A stretch of DNA of 64,000 bases from an uncultured Pseudomonadota bacterium (GCA_963836235.1 CAWIIP010000004.1:544001-608000); one strand, 5' to 3'; counted from the stretch's first letter, positions 9,815-20,006 are shown. Made by a program: numbers and translations. Notes: generated by a model from the letters alone, not told the origin.

Positions 9815-10696
9815 ATGAATAAATCAGATCCTTTATCCATTTTAAAAGAAGTCCGCCGGCTCGAAATTGTCACCCGTGGAGCCGTCGACACTCTCTTAAA
9901 AGGCTCCTATAAAAGTACATTTCGGGGCCGAGGCTTGGAATTCAACCAAGTCCGGGAATATACCCCTGAAGACGATTTTCGCACCATTGACTGGAATGTT
10001 ACCGCCCGACTAAACGCACCTTTTGTTAAAACCTACATTGAGGAACGGGAACTCCAAGTTGTCGTGGCCATTGATCTTTCAGCTTCTCTTTGGCACGGAA
10101 CGGGGCCCCTGAGTAAAAGAGAAACCGCCCTTCGGCTTTGCGCGGTCATGGCTTTTGCGGCCGTCCAACACCAGGACCGGGCGGGGCTTTTGGTTTTCAC
10201 GGATCGAGTGGAATATTACATTCCTCCCAAGCGGGGGAAATCCGCCATTATGGGCGCGCTTCGGGATCTAGTCGCGTTTAAACCCATCGGCAAAAAGACG
10301 AATTATAAGCCGGCTTTCCAAATGCTGACCAAGGTTCTCAAGCGTCGAAGCGTTTTGATGGTGATTTCGGATTTTACCGAGGCCATCCCGATGGAAGCGG
10401 CTTCGGTCCTGGCCCGACGGCATGACCTGATGGCGGCGGTGGTGAAGGACCCGTTGGAAAAGGATTTCAAACTGCCCGCCCGATTGGCGGTCCATGACCC
10501 GGAAACGGGAAGAGTGGGATATCTTTCCCCCGGCTCCAGGGCTGTTTTTCAAAAAGCTGACCAGTTTCGGGAAACCCAATTGAGAGCTCTTGTTTCCAAG
10601 GGCGCGGACATCCTTGACCTGACGGCGGGTCAAGACGTTATTCCCCGCCTTGTCCAATTTTTTCGTAAACGTCAAGAACGGATGGGACGACGATGA
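9815..10696 (+). CDS. DUF58 domain protein (MoxR-associated VWA-like)
   Basis: 'FRGRGLEF..VREY..DDFRTIDWNVTAR..VKTYIEERE', 'DLSASL', 'VISDF'. Confidence 0.92.
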   Translation: MNKSDPLSILKEVRRLEIVTRGAVDTLLKGSYKSTFRGRGLEFNQVREYTPEDDFRTIDWNVTARLNAPFVKTYIEERELQVVVAIDLSASLWHGTGPLSKRETALRLCAVMAFAAVQHQDRAGLLVFTDRVEYYIPPKRGKSAIMGALRDLVAFKPIGKKTNYKPAFQMLTKVLKRRSVLMVISDFTEAIPMEAASVLARRHDLMAAVVKDPLEKDFKLPARLAVHDPETGRVGYLSPGSRAVFQKADQFRETQLRALVSKGADILDLTAGQDVIPRLVQFFRKRQERMGRR

Positions 10697-11808
10697 CTCC
10701 TGAGGGTTTTCATTTTGCCGATCCCATTTGGCTTTATGGCTTGCCTCTCGCTTTCTTGGTCCTCGTACTTGCTTTCTTTCATTCCCGCGCCAAACATTCC
10801 ACACTTTTAGTGGGCAACCCCCGCCTGGTTGAATGGGCGCCAGGCTTTTTTTCCATTCAACTCATACCCTGGTTTTTACGACTTCTGGCCGTTTGCCTTT
10901 GCCTGATTGCCGCCGCGAGGCCCCAATCGGGCCAAAAGAAGGTCGAGGAGAAGATGCCCGTCACCGATTTGTTCGTGGCGTTAGACGTTTCGGGTTCCAT
11001 GGTAACCAATGACTTAAAACCCAACCGGATTACCGCGGCCAAGCATTTTTTGTCCGAGTTTTTGGACAAAATCCAAAATGTAAGGGTAGGGTTGACCATT
11101 TTTGCTCGAATCAGTTTTACCCAATGTCCCCTGACTAATGACGTGGGTATTGTTAAACAACTTTTGGCGAATGTGGAACCGGCTCCCCATTCCATTAAGC
11201 TGGATGGAACGGCAATTGGGGATGCTTTGGTGTCTTGTTTGAACCGGCTCCAAAACGGAACGGGAAAGGGCGCTGAACAGACGTCGGCCGAACCTTCGGT
11301 ACTATCCAAATTACTGGGAGAGGCGAAGCCTTCTGGGGAAGCGAGTGATAATAATAACCAAGCCATCGTTCTTTTGACGGATGGAGGGAATAACGCGGGA
11401 GCTGTGGACCCTTTGGCAGCGGCTAAAATCGCGGCCAGCCGGGGAGTGAAAATTTATACCATTGGAATGGGAGCTAAGCATAGCGTGCCAGCTTTGTTTG
11501 AGTATCCCGATGGCCATTTGGCGCCAGCCATTGATCCGAGAACCGGGCAAATCGCCATGAGCGATCCCGTGGATATGGCTCTTTTAACGGAAATCGCCAA
11601 TATCACCGGGGGGAAGGCTTATGCCGCGACGGACAACCACGCCTTTCAGGCAATTTTGGACGAGATAGCCCGGTTGGAAAAAAGGGATGTTTCGGTAACG
11701 ACCCACTGGGAATATAACGAACTTGCGTCTTATTTTTTATTGGCGGCTTTTTTAATCCTAGCGTTGGACATTGGATTGGAAACGACTGTGTTACGAACTC
11801 TTCCGTGA
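10693..11808 (+). CDS. batA: BatA-like VWA domain membrane protein
   Basis: N-terminal BatA TM (FADPIWL), ARPQ, MIDAS DVSGSM, 'LLTDG', 'KIYTIG'. Confidence 0.85.
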   Translation: MTPEGFHFADPIWLYGLPLAFLVLVLAFFHSRAKHSTLLVGNPRLVEWAPGFFSIQLIPWFLRLLAVCLCLIAAARPQSGQKKVEEKMPVTDLFVALDVSGSMVTNDLKPNRITAAKHFLSEFLDKIQNVRVGLTIFARISFTQCPLTNDVGIVKQLLANVEPAPHSIKLDGTAIGDALVSCLNRLQNGTGKGAEQTSAEPSVLSKLLGEAKPSGEASDNNNQAIVLLTDGGNNAGAVDPLAAAKIAASRGVKIYTIGMGAKHSVPALFEYPDGHLAPAIDPRTGQIAMSDPVDMALLTEIANITGGKAYAATDNHAFQAILDEIARLEKRDVSVTTHWEYNELASYFLLAAFLILALDIGLETTVLRTLP

Positions 11809-11844
11809 TGTTTTGTAGGTTCGAATTTTAAATTTGGATGGTTT

Positions 11845-12834
11845 ATGCATATTGCGAATGACGACTGGTTATTGTACCTGGCCCCACTTTTCTTGGTATG
11901 GGCAGTAGCCACCTTCTATACCTTTTGGCGGGATAAGAGGGATTTAGGCTTATTGGGAAACCATAATTTGATTTTGTCTCCAGGGATTGTCTTGGTCCGA
12001 AGAGTGGTAAAAGGATTTCTAATCTTAGTTGGCTTTTTCCTTGTCTTTTTGGGCGCGATTCGTTTGCAAGGAAAGCCGGTGCCGGGCGACCTTAACTTAA
12101 GGGGCATTGACGTCATGGTGGTTCTGGATGTTTCCAAAAGTATGTTGACCCAGGATATGGTGCCCAACCGTCTCGAAGCCGCCAAGAGGGCGGTTCTCAA
12201 TTGGCTTCAAAATGAAGATGGGGACAGGGTAGGTGTCGCCATTTTCGCGGGAGAAGCCTTGGTGCAAGTTCCATTGACAATGGACTTGGAAGCCGTTTCC
12301 CTGGTTCTTTCCAAAGCAGATGTGGACTCCGTTGACCGGGGTGGCACAGATATCGGCGAGGGAATCAAGACAGCATTGGCCGCTTTTGATAAGGATGACC
12401 AATCAAAACGTGGAAAAGCCATCCTGCTCATTACCGATGGGGAAACGACGGAGGGATCTTCCGACGTGACTGAGGCCTGCCGTCAAGCCAAAGGAAAGAA
12501 TATACCCATCCTCGCCGTCGGGATCGGAACACCCAAGGGAAAGCCCATCCCCGACGGAGTTTCTTTTTGGGGTGAGGCTATCTACAAGAAAGACGAGGCA
12601 GGAAACATTCATGTCAGCCATTTAGACGAGGGGACTCTGAAAAAAATTGCCGGCCTTACCGATGGAGTTTTTGTTCAGGGTGATAGTGAAGAAGGACTCG
12701 AATCTATTAAAGAACACTTGAATCAATTGCAAAAAACCGAAATGAAAGGGAAGGGAACAATGCGGCGGGAAGAATTGGCCCCCGCCCTTGCCGCCGGGTC
12801 AGCCTTTACCCTTTTACTTTCATTTCTTTTATAG
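11845..12834 (+). CDS. batB: BatB-like VWA domain membrane protein
   Basis: DVSKSM, 'PNRLEAAK', 'GDRVG..FAG..PLT.D', 'ITDGE', 'GIGTPKG.PIP'. Confidence 0.85.
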   Translation: MHIANDDWLLYLAPLFLVWAVATFYTFWRDKRDLGLLGNHNLILSPGIVLVRRVVKGFLILVGFFLVFLGAIRLQGKPVPGDLNLRGIDVMVVLDVSKSMLTQDMVPNRLEAAKRAVLNWLQNEDGDRVGVAIFAGEALVQVPLTMDLEAVSLVLSKADVDSVDRGGTDIGEGIKTALAAFDKDDQSKRGKAILLITDGETTEGSSDVTEACRQAKGKNIPILAVGIGTPKGKPIPDGVSFWGEAIYKKDEAGNIHVSHLDEGTLKKIAGLTDGVFVQGDSEEGLESIKEHLNQLQKTEMKGKGTMRREELAPALAAGSAFTLLLSFLL

Positions 12835-12840
12835 GAGTAA

Positions 12841-13809
12841 ATGGTGTTTTTAAATGTGATGGATCATAAATTGAATATTTCTCCCCGAATGGTTTTGGGG
12901 GTTTGGCTGCTTTTGGCTTTTGGGGGGCCTTCGCGGGTACTGGCCGCGTCGCCGGGAGAGCAGGCTTATGACCAAAAAGATTATGAAGCGGCGGAAAAAT
13001 ATTATGGTGAAAAAGCCCAATCTGGATCAGGCACAGCCGCGGATGCCTATGACTGGGGGAATGTCCTTTACCAGATGAAGAAATACGAAGAGTCCGAAAA
13101 GGCCTATGGAATGGCCATCCAAAAAAAACCAAATTTGGAGCAGGGGTGGTACAACCTCGGGAATTCCGTTTTTCAACAGGAGCGATATCGGGACTCCATT
13201 TCGGACTATCAAAAAGCCTTGCAATTAAATCCGGATGACGGGGACGCCAAGTTTAATATGGCGCTGGCCGAAAAATTATTAAAAAAGAACCCTAAAAAGG
13301 ATAAGAGCGCGCCTCCCAAAAAAGACGATCAAAAAAAACAACAAAAACAACAGCAAGCCCAAAACCAACAGCAGAATCAGCAACAAAACCAACAACAAAA
13401 TCAGTCTTCGAAAAAAGATCAACAAACTCAAAACCAGCCTGGTCAAAAGCCGGATCAAAAAAATAATTCTTCCGGCAATCCGAATCCGCAACATAAACAG
13501 TCCCCGAGCCAGAGCCAACAAAAGCAAGCTGACGCCAACGCCGCTTCGCAGGAACGGCAAGAAGATCAAAAACGGCAAGAGCAGGCGAAAAAGGAATTGA
13601 AACTTACGGATAAGCAGGTTAAGGACCTCATGGCTCAACTCCAAAAGCAGGAAGAAAGGACCCAACAATATTATTCGGCCAATCCTAAAAAGGACCGGCA
13701 AAACCAGGATCCGATGTGGAATTTTATGCCGAAAGAACAGCAGGAATTCATGAGGCGTTTTATGGGCCAGCCCTCCAAGAAAGACGATAACGTTCCGGAA
13801 GACTGGTAA
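12841..13809 (+). CDS. batC: BatC-like TPR protein with Gln-rich linker
   Basis: TPRs (YNLGNS), 'DAKFNMALA', Q/N-rich tract, terminal ..EDW. Confidence 0.82.
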   Translation: MVFLNVMDHKLNISPRMVLGVWLLLAFGGPSRVLAASPGEQAYDQKDYEAAEKYYGEKAQSGSGTAADAYDWGNVLYQMKKYEESEKAYGMAIQKKPNLEQGWYNLGNSVFQQERYRDSISDYQKALQLNPDDGDAKFNMALAEKLLKKNPKKDKSAPPKKDDQKKQQKQQQAQNQQQNQQQNQQQNQSSKKDQQTQNQPGQKPDQKNNSSGNPNPQHKQSPSQSQQKQADANAASQERQEDQKRQEQAKKELKLTDKQVKDLMAQLQKQEERTQQYYSANPKKDRQNQDPMWNFMPKEQQEFMRRFMGQPSKKDDNVPEDW

Positions 13810-13874
13810 TGACTTTGGTTTTGAGGATTATTTTGGTATTTTGAGGGCCGTTTTGAACGGCAAAGGGTAAGGAA

Positions 13875-14849
13875 ATGAAAATGAATTTTAAGCTACTTGG
13901 CCTTTTTGCGATGACTTTTTGGGGAAGCCTCGGGACGCTACCTGTGATGGCCCAACAGGGGGGCGAAACCATCGGTTTACGGATGGATGTGGATAAGCGC
14001 CAAGTGGAGGTGGGGGACCATTTGACGGTGAGTATTGAGTTCAAACAAGTTGGGAGTGGTAATTCGGCCAATGGGGAGCCTTCAATCTCTACGCCGGAGC
14101 ATTTCGAGATTCAGGGCCAATCTTCCGCGACACAAGTAACCATTATTAATCAACAGGAAGCTATGGTTTCTACGACTCGTTTGAGCCTTGTGGCCACCAA
14201 GGCCGGGGACGAGACCTTGGGTCCGGCTCTTCTGATCTACCAAGATCCGCAGGGACAAAAGCACGAAATCAAATCCAATGTAGTGACCGTAACCGTGGTT
14301 GAAAAATCGGGTTTTTCCCTTTTTGGTAAAAAGAATAGTAGCCCGAGCCCAACTCCGGAGATTACTCCAACTGAGTCGGATGAACCCAGGGACGTAAAAC
14401 CTCTCTTGAATGACTCTCATACAGGACTTCGAGTGCTTTTTTGGCTGGTCGTTGCCGCCTTGGTGGCCGGATTCATATGGTGGCACTTCCGGCAAAAAGG
14501 TCCGGTAAGTAGTCCCACTGTTGCTCCCTTAGGGAAGGCGGCCCAACTGAGAGATAGTTGGAAGAAACTATCGAATGAGGACTTGTCCTCGAAAGAATTT
14601 TGCTTGGGACTTTCGAGCCTGGTTCGGGAATGCCTTCAATACCGTTTTGGTTTTTCGGCGGTACATTACACCACCGAGGAAATTCTAAAGGAAATGGCAA
14701 AATCCAAAGCTACGGAGGATGAGAAAATCTCGGCGGAGAAGATTCTCAAAACCTGTGACCGGGTCCTGCATGCGGATGGAAATCTGACGGGCAGGGATGC
14801 TTTGCGGGCCCTTTGTTCGCCGCTTTTGCCGAAAATACCCAAATCATAG
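13875..14849 (+). CDS. BatD-like protein (single BatD domain plus TM and cytoplasmic tail)
   Basis: Signal peptide, 'VDKRQVEVGD..FEIQGQSS..TIIN', TM, 'RECLQYRFG..TTEEI'. Confidence 0.7.
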   Translation: MKMNFKLLGLFAMTFWGSLGTLPVMAQQGGETIGLRMDVDKRQVEVGDHLTVSIEFKQVGSGNSANGEPSISTPEHFEIQGQSSATQVTIINQQEAMVSTTRLSLVATKAGDETLGPALLIYQDPQGQKHEIKSNVVTVTVVEKSGFSLFGKKNSSPSPTPEITPTESDEPRDVKPLLNDSHTGLRVLFWLVVAALVAGFIWWHFRQKGPVSSPTVAPLGKAAQLRDSWKKLSNEDLSSKEFCLGLSSLVRECLQYRFGFSAVHYTTEEILKEMAKSKATEDEKISAEKILKTCDRVLHADGNLTGRDALRALCSPLLPKIPKS

Positions 14850-14893
14850 TCGGCAGTCCATATTGAGGTTTAAAGTTAAAAAAGGAGAGATCG

Positions 14894-15883
14894 ATGGCAA
14901 CCCAAAATGAGGAATTAACGCAGGAAGGACAGCGGCTCAGCGAGCAATTCGCCAAAGTCCGCGAAGAAGTTTCGAAAGTTATCGTGGGTCAAGAAGGCCT
15001 TCTTGACCGCCTACTGCTTGGACTTTTGGCCCGGGGGCATTTGCTTTTGGAGGGATTGCCGGGTTTGGCCAAGACCCTGGCTATCCGAACCCTTTCCGAA
15101 GCCTTAGGTATATCCTTCAGCCGAATTCAATTTACGCCCGATCTTTTACCGGCGGACCTTTTGGGAACCAGAATTTATATGCCTGCCAAGGGTGACTTCA
15201 AAACCCAAAAAGGACCGGTCTTCGCCAATCTCGTTCTGGCGGATGAGATCAATCGGGCCCCCGCAAAGGTCCAATCGGCGCTGTTGGAAGCCATGCAAGA
15301 ACACCAGGTCACCATTGGTCCTGATACTTTCAAATTGGAAGAGCCCTTTTTTGTGATGGCTACCCAAAATCCTATCGAACACGAGGGGACCTACCCCCTT
15401 CCGGAAGCCCAGGTCGACCGGTTTTTTATGAAAATTCAAGTGACTTATCCGGAATTCAAGGATGAAAAGGAAATCATCACCCGGATGACAGGTGGAAGTG
15501 GGATTAAGACCAAGGAAATTCTTTCCGCCCAAGCTATTCTCAAGTCCCAAAATATTGTCGATGGTATTTTTGTGAGTGAACCCCTGAAGGATTACATCGT
15601 GCATTTGGTAACCGCCACCCGGAAACCCAAAGACTATCAATTAGAAAAGCTGACTCCTCTTATTGAATATGGAGCCAGTCCAAGGGCTTCCATTGGCTTG
15701 ACGGTTGCTGCCAAGGCTCACGCTTTTTTGAATGGACGGGGATATGCGACACCGGAAGATGTAAAAGCCCTGGCGCCGGACGTCATGCGCCATCGTTTGA
15801 TTTTGACCTATGAGGCTGAAGCCCAAAACTTGAAGACGGATGATCTGATCGCCCAAATCCTGCAAAAAGTCCGGGTTCCTTGA
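14894..15883 (+). CDS. moxR: MoxR family AAA+ ATPase
   Basis: 'GHLLLEGLPGLAKT', 'RIQFTPDLLPAD', 'LADEINRAPAKVQSALLEAMQE', 'ATQNPIE.EGTYPLPEAQ.DRF', 'GASPRA'. Confidence 0.96.
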   Translation: MATQNEELTQEGQRLSEQFAKVREEVSKVIVGQEGLLDRLLLGLLARGHLLLEGLPGLAKTLAIRTLSEALGISFSRIQFTPDLLPADLLGTRIYMPAKGDFKTQKGPVFANLVLADEINRAPAKVQSALLEAMQEHQVTIGPDTFKLEEPFFVMATQNPIEHEGTYPLPEAQVDRFFMKIQVTYPEFKDEKEIITRMTGGSGIKTKEILSAQAILKSQNIVDGIFVSEPLKDYIVHLVTATRKPKDYQLEKLTPLIEYGASPRASIGLTVAAKAHAFLNGRGYATPEDVKALAPDVMRHRLILTYEAEAQNLKTDDLIAQILQKVRVP

Positions 15884-16908
15884 GAATCGGATCAAAGCTC
15901 ATAATCTGCTCTTTGCTGTTAAGACTTTTTAAAAATCGCGCGCCGGCGCTGAGCCGCCAATTGCAAATTTGTTTTTTAATGCTGGCTTTGGTTCTGTCGG
16001 TTGGTTGCAAGGCTAAATCCAGGTTTATCGAAAACACTTTGCCCCTTCCCCCTTCCGCCGATAGCGGGATTTATGACGGCCAATTCATCCAAACAGATTA
16101 TGGATTCGCTTTTCCGCTACCGCCTAAATTGAATTGGTTGAGGCTTTCGGCAGAACAGGAAGTGGACGAGGTAGCCCGGTTTTCGGATAATTCCCAAAAT
16201 TTTCTTGTCCGGGTTTCGGTCCAAGTGCTGGGCAATTCCCAAACGCTTTCCAAAAAGAGTTGGGAGGAAGCCGCCGAGCAGGACTTGAAAAACCACTTGT
16301 TTAAAATCCAAAAAAAGGATTCCGCTCAGGAGTGGAAAACGGCGGACTCGGGTCCTTGGATCGAGATTTCTTTCCTCTTGTCCGATCCCAGAGGCGGCTC
16401 ATGGACCGATCAGGAATGGGCCCTGAATCAGGGCGATCTTTTGATTGGTGCGCACGCCATGCAGCCCGAGGAGATGGCGGAGTCGGAAACCGGTCAAAAA
16501 CTCTTTAAGGATTTGCGGGGAGCCTTGTCTCAAATTCATTGGTACACCCCTATCGGCTCTCGGGGAATTTCCATTGATCGGTTTGAATTGCGCCAATTTA
16601 CCGAGAGTTTTCGAAGCGCTTTGGAGAGCCGGTCCGCATCAAAGGTTGTAGCCTATTTTGACGATATGTACCCGGACCGGACCAAGTGGAATAACTGGTA
16701 TCAACAGGCAATTTCAGGCGACCCTAAAACCTTCGAACTTCAGGCCGACCTTTCGGGATTGGTCATCAACGGGGATTATGCTGCCGCTTCCTTTATACTG
16801 ATCCGCAAGGAAAAGAATGATTCCCATTCGGAAAAGTTTGAGAAGAATTTTAAGCTTTCAAAAAAAGAAGGAGCTTGGAAGATTACAGCTTCACTGGATA
16901 AGAATTAG
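15880..16908 (+). CDS. Hypothetical lipoprotein with C-terminal NTF2-like segment
   Basis: Lipobox LSVGC; ends 'LSKKEGAWKI'; true start probably downstream of 15880. Confidence 0.55.
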   Translation: MRIGSKLIICSLLLRLFKNRAPALSRQLQICFLMLALVLSVGCKAKSRFIENTLPLPPSADSGIYDGQFIQTDYGFAFPLPPKLNWLRLSAEQEVDEVARFSDNSQNFLVRVSVQVLGNSQTLSKKSWEEAAEQDLKNHLFKIQKKDSAQEWKTADSGPWIEISFLLSDPRGGSWTDQEWALNQGDLLIGAHAMQPEEMAESETGQKLFKDLRGALSQIHWYTPIGSRGISIDRFELRQFTESFRSALESRSASKVVAYFDDMYPDRTKWNNWYQQAISGDPKTFELQADLSGLVINGDYAAASFILIRKEKNDSHSEKFEKNFKLSKKEGAWKITASLDKN

Positions 16909-16923
16909 AAACGAGGGATAAGT

Positions 16924-17796
16924 ATGCGCAGTATGACAGGCTTCGGCCGAGGTGTCGGACAGAACAAATCCGTACATGTGGTGGCCGAAATAAAGACGGT
17001 CAACCACAAATACCATGATCTGGCCGTGAAATTGCCATCCGCCTTCCAGTCGATGGAGCCGGAAGTGCGTGAATTGATATTGGCTTCGGTGACTCGTGGG
17101 AAGGTTGATTTTTTTCTGAAGGATATTTCTCCTGCTCGTCTCAAAACGGTTCGGATAAATGATCCGCTTATTATGGAATACCTAAAGGCCGCGAAAAAAG
17201 CCGCGGGCCATTTCAAGTTGAAGGGTGAACTTTCGATTGAAACCATCCTTAAAATGCCGGATGTGCTTTCGGTGGAGGAGGAAGAGCGATCCGAAGGCGA
17301 CCAGAAGAAGGCCTTGAACGAGGCCGTCCAGGAAGCCTTGAAGGCACTGGAAAAAATGCGGCAATCCGAGGGAGCTCGCCTCGGCAAGGATATGTTGGAC
17401 CGCGCTCGAGATATCTCCGCTGTCGTCCAACAACTTCGCCAGCGCCACAAAGCCATCATGATTGAAAGGTTGAAGGCATTTCGGGAGAAAATTGCCGAAT
17501 TCCTGCCCGAACCCCTCCAAGATCAAATGCGTCTTTCCACGGAAGAAAGTGTCACGATCCAGAGACATGATATCGCGGAAGAATTGACCCGTCTGGACAG
17601 CCATTTGGTGGCCCTCCAGGAAACTTTGAAAGAAAAGAACAGCGTGGGCCGCAAACTGGATTTCCTGATCCAGGAAATGAATCGGGAAGCCAACACGGTT
17701 GGTTCCAAGTCGGCGGACTCCAAAATGGCCCAAAACGTGGTCCGGCTGAAGGAGTTGCTTGAACAGCTCCGGGAACAAATTCAGAATATTGAATAG
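16924..17796 (+). CDS. yicC: YicC/YloC family endoribonuclease
   Basis: MRSMTGFGR, 'EELTRLDSH', 'GRKLDFLIQEMNREANT.GSKS', 'REQIQNIE'. Confidence 0.95.
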   Translation: MRSMTGFGRGVGQNKSVHVVAEIKTVNHKYHDLAVKLPSAFQSMEPEVRELILASVTRGKVDFFLKDISPARLKTVRINDPLIMEYLKAAKKAAGHFKLKGELSIETILKMPDVLSVEEEERSEGDQKKALNEAVQEALKALEKMRQSEGARLGKDMLDRARDISAVVQQLRQRHKAIMIERLKAFREKIAEFLPEPLQDQMRLSTEESVTIQRHDIAEELTRLDSHLVALQETLKEKNSVGRKLDFLIQEMNREANTVGSKSADSKMAQNVVRLKELLEQLREQIQNIE

Positions 17797-17804
17797 CTAC
17801 AGAC

Positions 17805-18401
17805 TTGGTGGGTATCGACGTGGATAAATCAAAACATAAGAAGGGTCTGCTAATTGTTTTGTCTTCTCCCTCGGGCGGCGGGAAAACGACAATCGCCCAG
17901 CGTCTTTTGAAGCGGGACAAGAATATTATCCGGTCCGTTTCTTGTACCACCCGAAAACCCCGTCTGGGAGAAAAAAGCGGCCGAGATTATTTTTTCGTTA
18001 CCCCGGCCCGTTTTAAAGTCATGGTGGCCCAAAAAAAATTTCTTGAGTGGGCTAGAGTGCACCAAAACTTTTACGGCACTCCTCGCCATTGGGTTGCGGA
18101 GCAATTGGAGAAGGGAAGGGATGTTTTGTTCGTCATTGATGTCCAAGGCGGAAAATCCATTAAAGGCGAGGAGCCGGGGGCCCTGTTGATTTTCCTGAAA
18201 CCACCCTCATTCTCAGTCCTTAAAAAGAGACTTTTAGGCCGCCAAAGCGAGGATGCGGTGGGTTTGAAGGTCCGCCTCAAGGACGCCAAGTGGGAATTAA
18301 GCCAGAGTCGGCATTATGACTATCAAGTCGTGAATGACCGCTTGGCGACTGCCACTTCAGATGTTTTGAAGATTATTCGAAAAATACGGGAAACCAGCTA
18401 A
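17805..18401 (+). CDS. gmk: Guanylate kinase
   Basis: 'SSPSGGGKTT', 'SCTTRKPR.GE..GRDYFF', 'YGTP', 'IDVQG'. Confidence 0.96.
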   Translation: MVGIDVDKSKHKKGLLIVLSSPSGGGKTTIAQRLLKRDKNIIRSVSCTTRKPRLGEKSGRDYFFVTPARFKVMVAQKKFLEWARVHQNFYGTPRHWVAEQLEKGRDVLFVIDVQGGKSIKGEEPGALLIFLKPPSFSVLKKRLLGRQSEDAVGLKVRLKDAKWELSQSRHYDYQVVNDRLATATSDVLKIIRKIRETS

Positions 18402-18484
18402 AATAGTCCAGTTTCCCGTTACGATTTTGACCGGTTTTGAGTATAATCCAGCCTCTTTGAATCGATCTTGAATGAGGAGTCGCC

Positions 18485-18712
18485 ATGACTGAAGAGAAAA
18501 AAGCCCAAACAATGGAATCTATTGATAACAAGTATATGTCCGTTTTGGCGGCTTCCAAAAGAGCCCGTCAATTATTGGACCGGGCTGAAAAACATAATCT
18601 GACCGTGGATACTGAAAAGGTGATTCTGCAGGCTCTCAACGAGTTCATGAGCGGCAAGGTTACTTATACCAATCACCCAGTGCCTCCCAAGAAGAGAAAA
18701 AAAGAAGACTGA
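18485..18712 (+). CDS. rpoZ: RNA polymerase omega subunit
   Basis: 'NKYMSVLAASKRARQL', 'ALNE'; canonical gmk-rpoZ-coaBC context. Confidence 0.9.
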   Translation: MTEEKKAQTMESIDNKYMSVLAASKRARQLLDRAEKHNLTVDTEKVILQALNEFMSGKVTYTNHPVPPKKRKKED

Positions 18713-18726
18713 TTCGGCAGCTCCTA

Positions 18727-18773
18727 GCTATCAGTCGTTAGCTGTCAGCTGAAGATTGAAAGCTGATGGCTGA
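18727..18773. repeat. Degenerate heptamer repeats with inverted arrangement
   Basis: GCTATCA GTCGTTA GCTGTCA GCTGAAG ATTGAAA GCTGATG GCTGA in the rpoZ-coaBC spacer. Confidence 0.55.
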
Positions 18774-18779
18774 GGTCCG

Positions 18780-20006
18780 ATGAATCCATCACGCACCAAA
18801 CCCCGAATCCTTTTAGGCGTTACCGGAAGCGTAGCTGCCTATAAAGCCGTCGCCCTAGTCCAACTCCTCAAAAAGTTTTCCGATATCAAGGTTGTCCTGA
18901 CTTCTGCGGGTTCTCATCTCGTTTCTGAAAAAGCCTTGGCTAAAGCTTCCGATTCGCCCGTTTGGACCAGCTTATTTAAGGGATCGACGCCGATTCCCCC
19001 AGGAACACCCAGTGGCAGCCATCCTTTCGCTGTTGTTCCCCATATTGAATACGCCAAGGAAGCAGACTTAGTTTTGATCGCGCCCGCATCGGCGGATATC
19101 CTCTCCAAGTTGGCCTTGGGGATCGCCGACGACCTTCTTTCCACCCTCTGTTTATACGTTGCTTGCCCTCTTTGGGTCGCGCCCGCAATGAACGTCAAGA
19201 TGTGGAACCACCCGGCAGTCATTCAAAATCAAAAAACTTTGAGAGAGCGTGGGGTCCGCTTTTTAGGGCCTGATAGCGGCCATTTGGCTTGTGGCGAAGT
19301 AGGTGATGGGCGCTTTGCGGAACCAGTGGAGATTGCTTTTCAGGCGGAAAGCTATTTCAAGCATTTCGGAGCATGGCGAGGGAAGACTGTCTTGATTACC
19401 GCTGGGCCAACCCAAGAACCTATTGATCCGGTTCGAATGATCACCAATCGTTCCAGCGGCAAAATGGGCTATGCCTTGGCCCAGGCGGCTTTGAATCGGG
19501 GGGCCGAAGTTATCCTAATAACCGGGCCGACCAAAATCATTCCGCCTCCCGTGAGTAAGTTAATTGGGGTCGAGAGCGCCAAGGAAATGCACCAACAGGT
19601 TTTGAAATTTTTAGACCGTGTCGATGTGATTTTTATGGCCGCGGCGGTTGCCGATTACCGAGTTAAAAGGATGTCGAAAACAAAAATCAAAAAAAGCGAG
19701 AAAGAGCTTTCCCTCCGGCTTGAAAAGAACCCCGATATATTGGGAGAAGTCTTGAAAAGGAAAAAGCCATCCCAAGTTATTGTGGGTTTTGCGGCGGAAA
19801 CCGACCATCTGGAAAAGAACGCCTTAAAGAAGTGGAAGAAGAAACCTTGCGACTTATTGGTCGCTAATTTGGTCGGGCAAAGAGGTATGGGATTCGATGG
19901 TGACCGAAATGAATTGCTGGTTTTTAGCAAGAAGGAGAAAAAAACTATCCGCCTTTCGAAGGATTTAAAAAGCCGGTTGGCGGAAAAACTGTTGGATTTA
20001 GTATGA
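18780..20006 (+). CDS. coaBC: Phosphopantothenoylcysteine decarboxylase/ligase
   Basis: 'GVTGSVAAYK', 'APAMN..MW', 'LACG..G.GR', 'TAGPT.EPIDPVR..TNRSSGKMG', 'GFAAET'. Confidence 0.96.
   Translation: MNPSRTKPRILLGVTGSVAAYKAVALVQLLKKFSDIKVVLTSAGSHLVSEKALAKASDSPVWTSLFKGSTPIPPGTPSGSHPFAVVPHIEYAKEADLVLIAPASADILSKLALGIADDLLSTLCLYVACPLWVAPAMNVKMWNHPAVIQNQKTLRERGVRFLGPDSGHLACGEVGDGRFAEPVEIAFQAESYFKHFGAWRGKTVLITAGPTQEPIDPVRMITNRSSGKMGYALAQAALNRGAEVILITGPTKIIPPPVSKLIGVESAKEMHQQVLKFLDRVDVIFMAAAVADYRVKRMSKTKIKKSEKELSLRLEKNPDILGEVLKRKKPSQVIVGFAAETDHLEKNALKKWKKKPCDLLVANLVGQRGMGFDGDRNELLVFSKKEKKTIRLSKDLKSRLAEKLLDLV

Noticed and set aside
13320-13440. CAA/CAG-rich microsatellite-like tract
   Set aside because: Encodes the ordinary Gln/Asn-rich linker typical of BatC-like proteins
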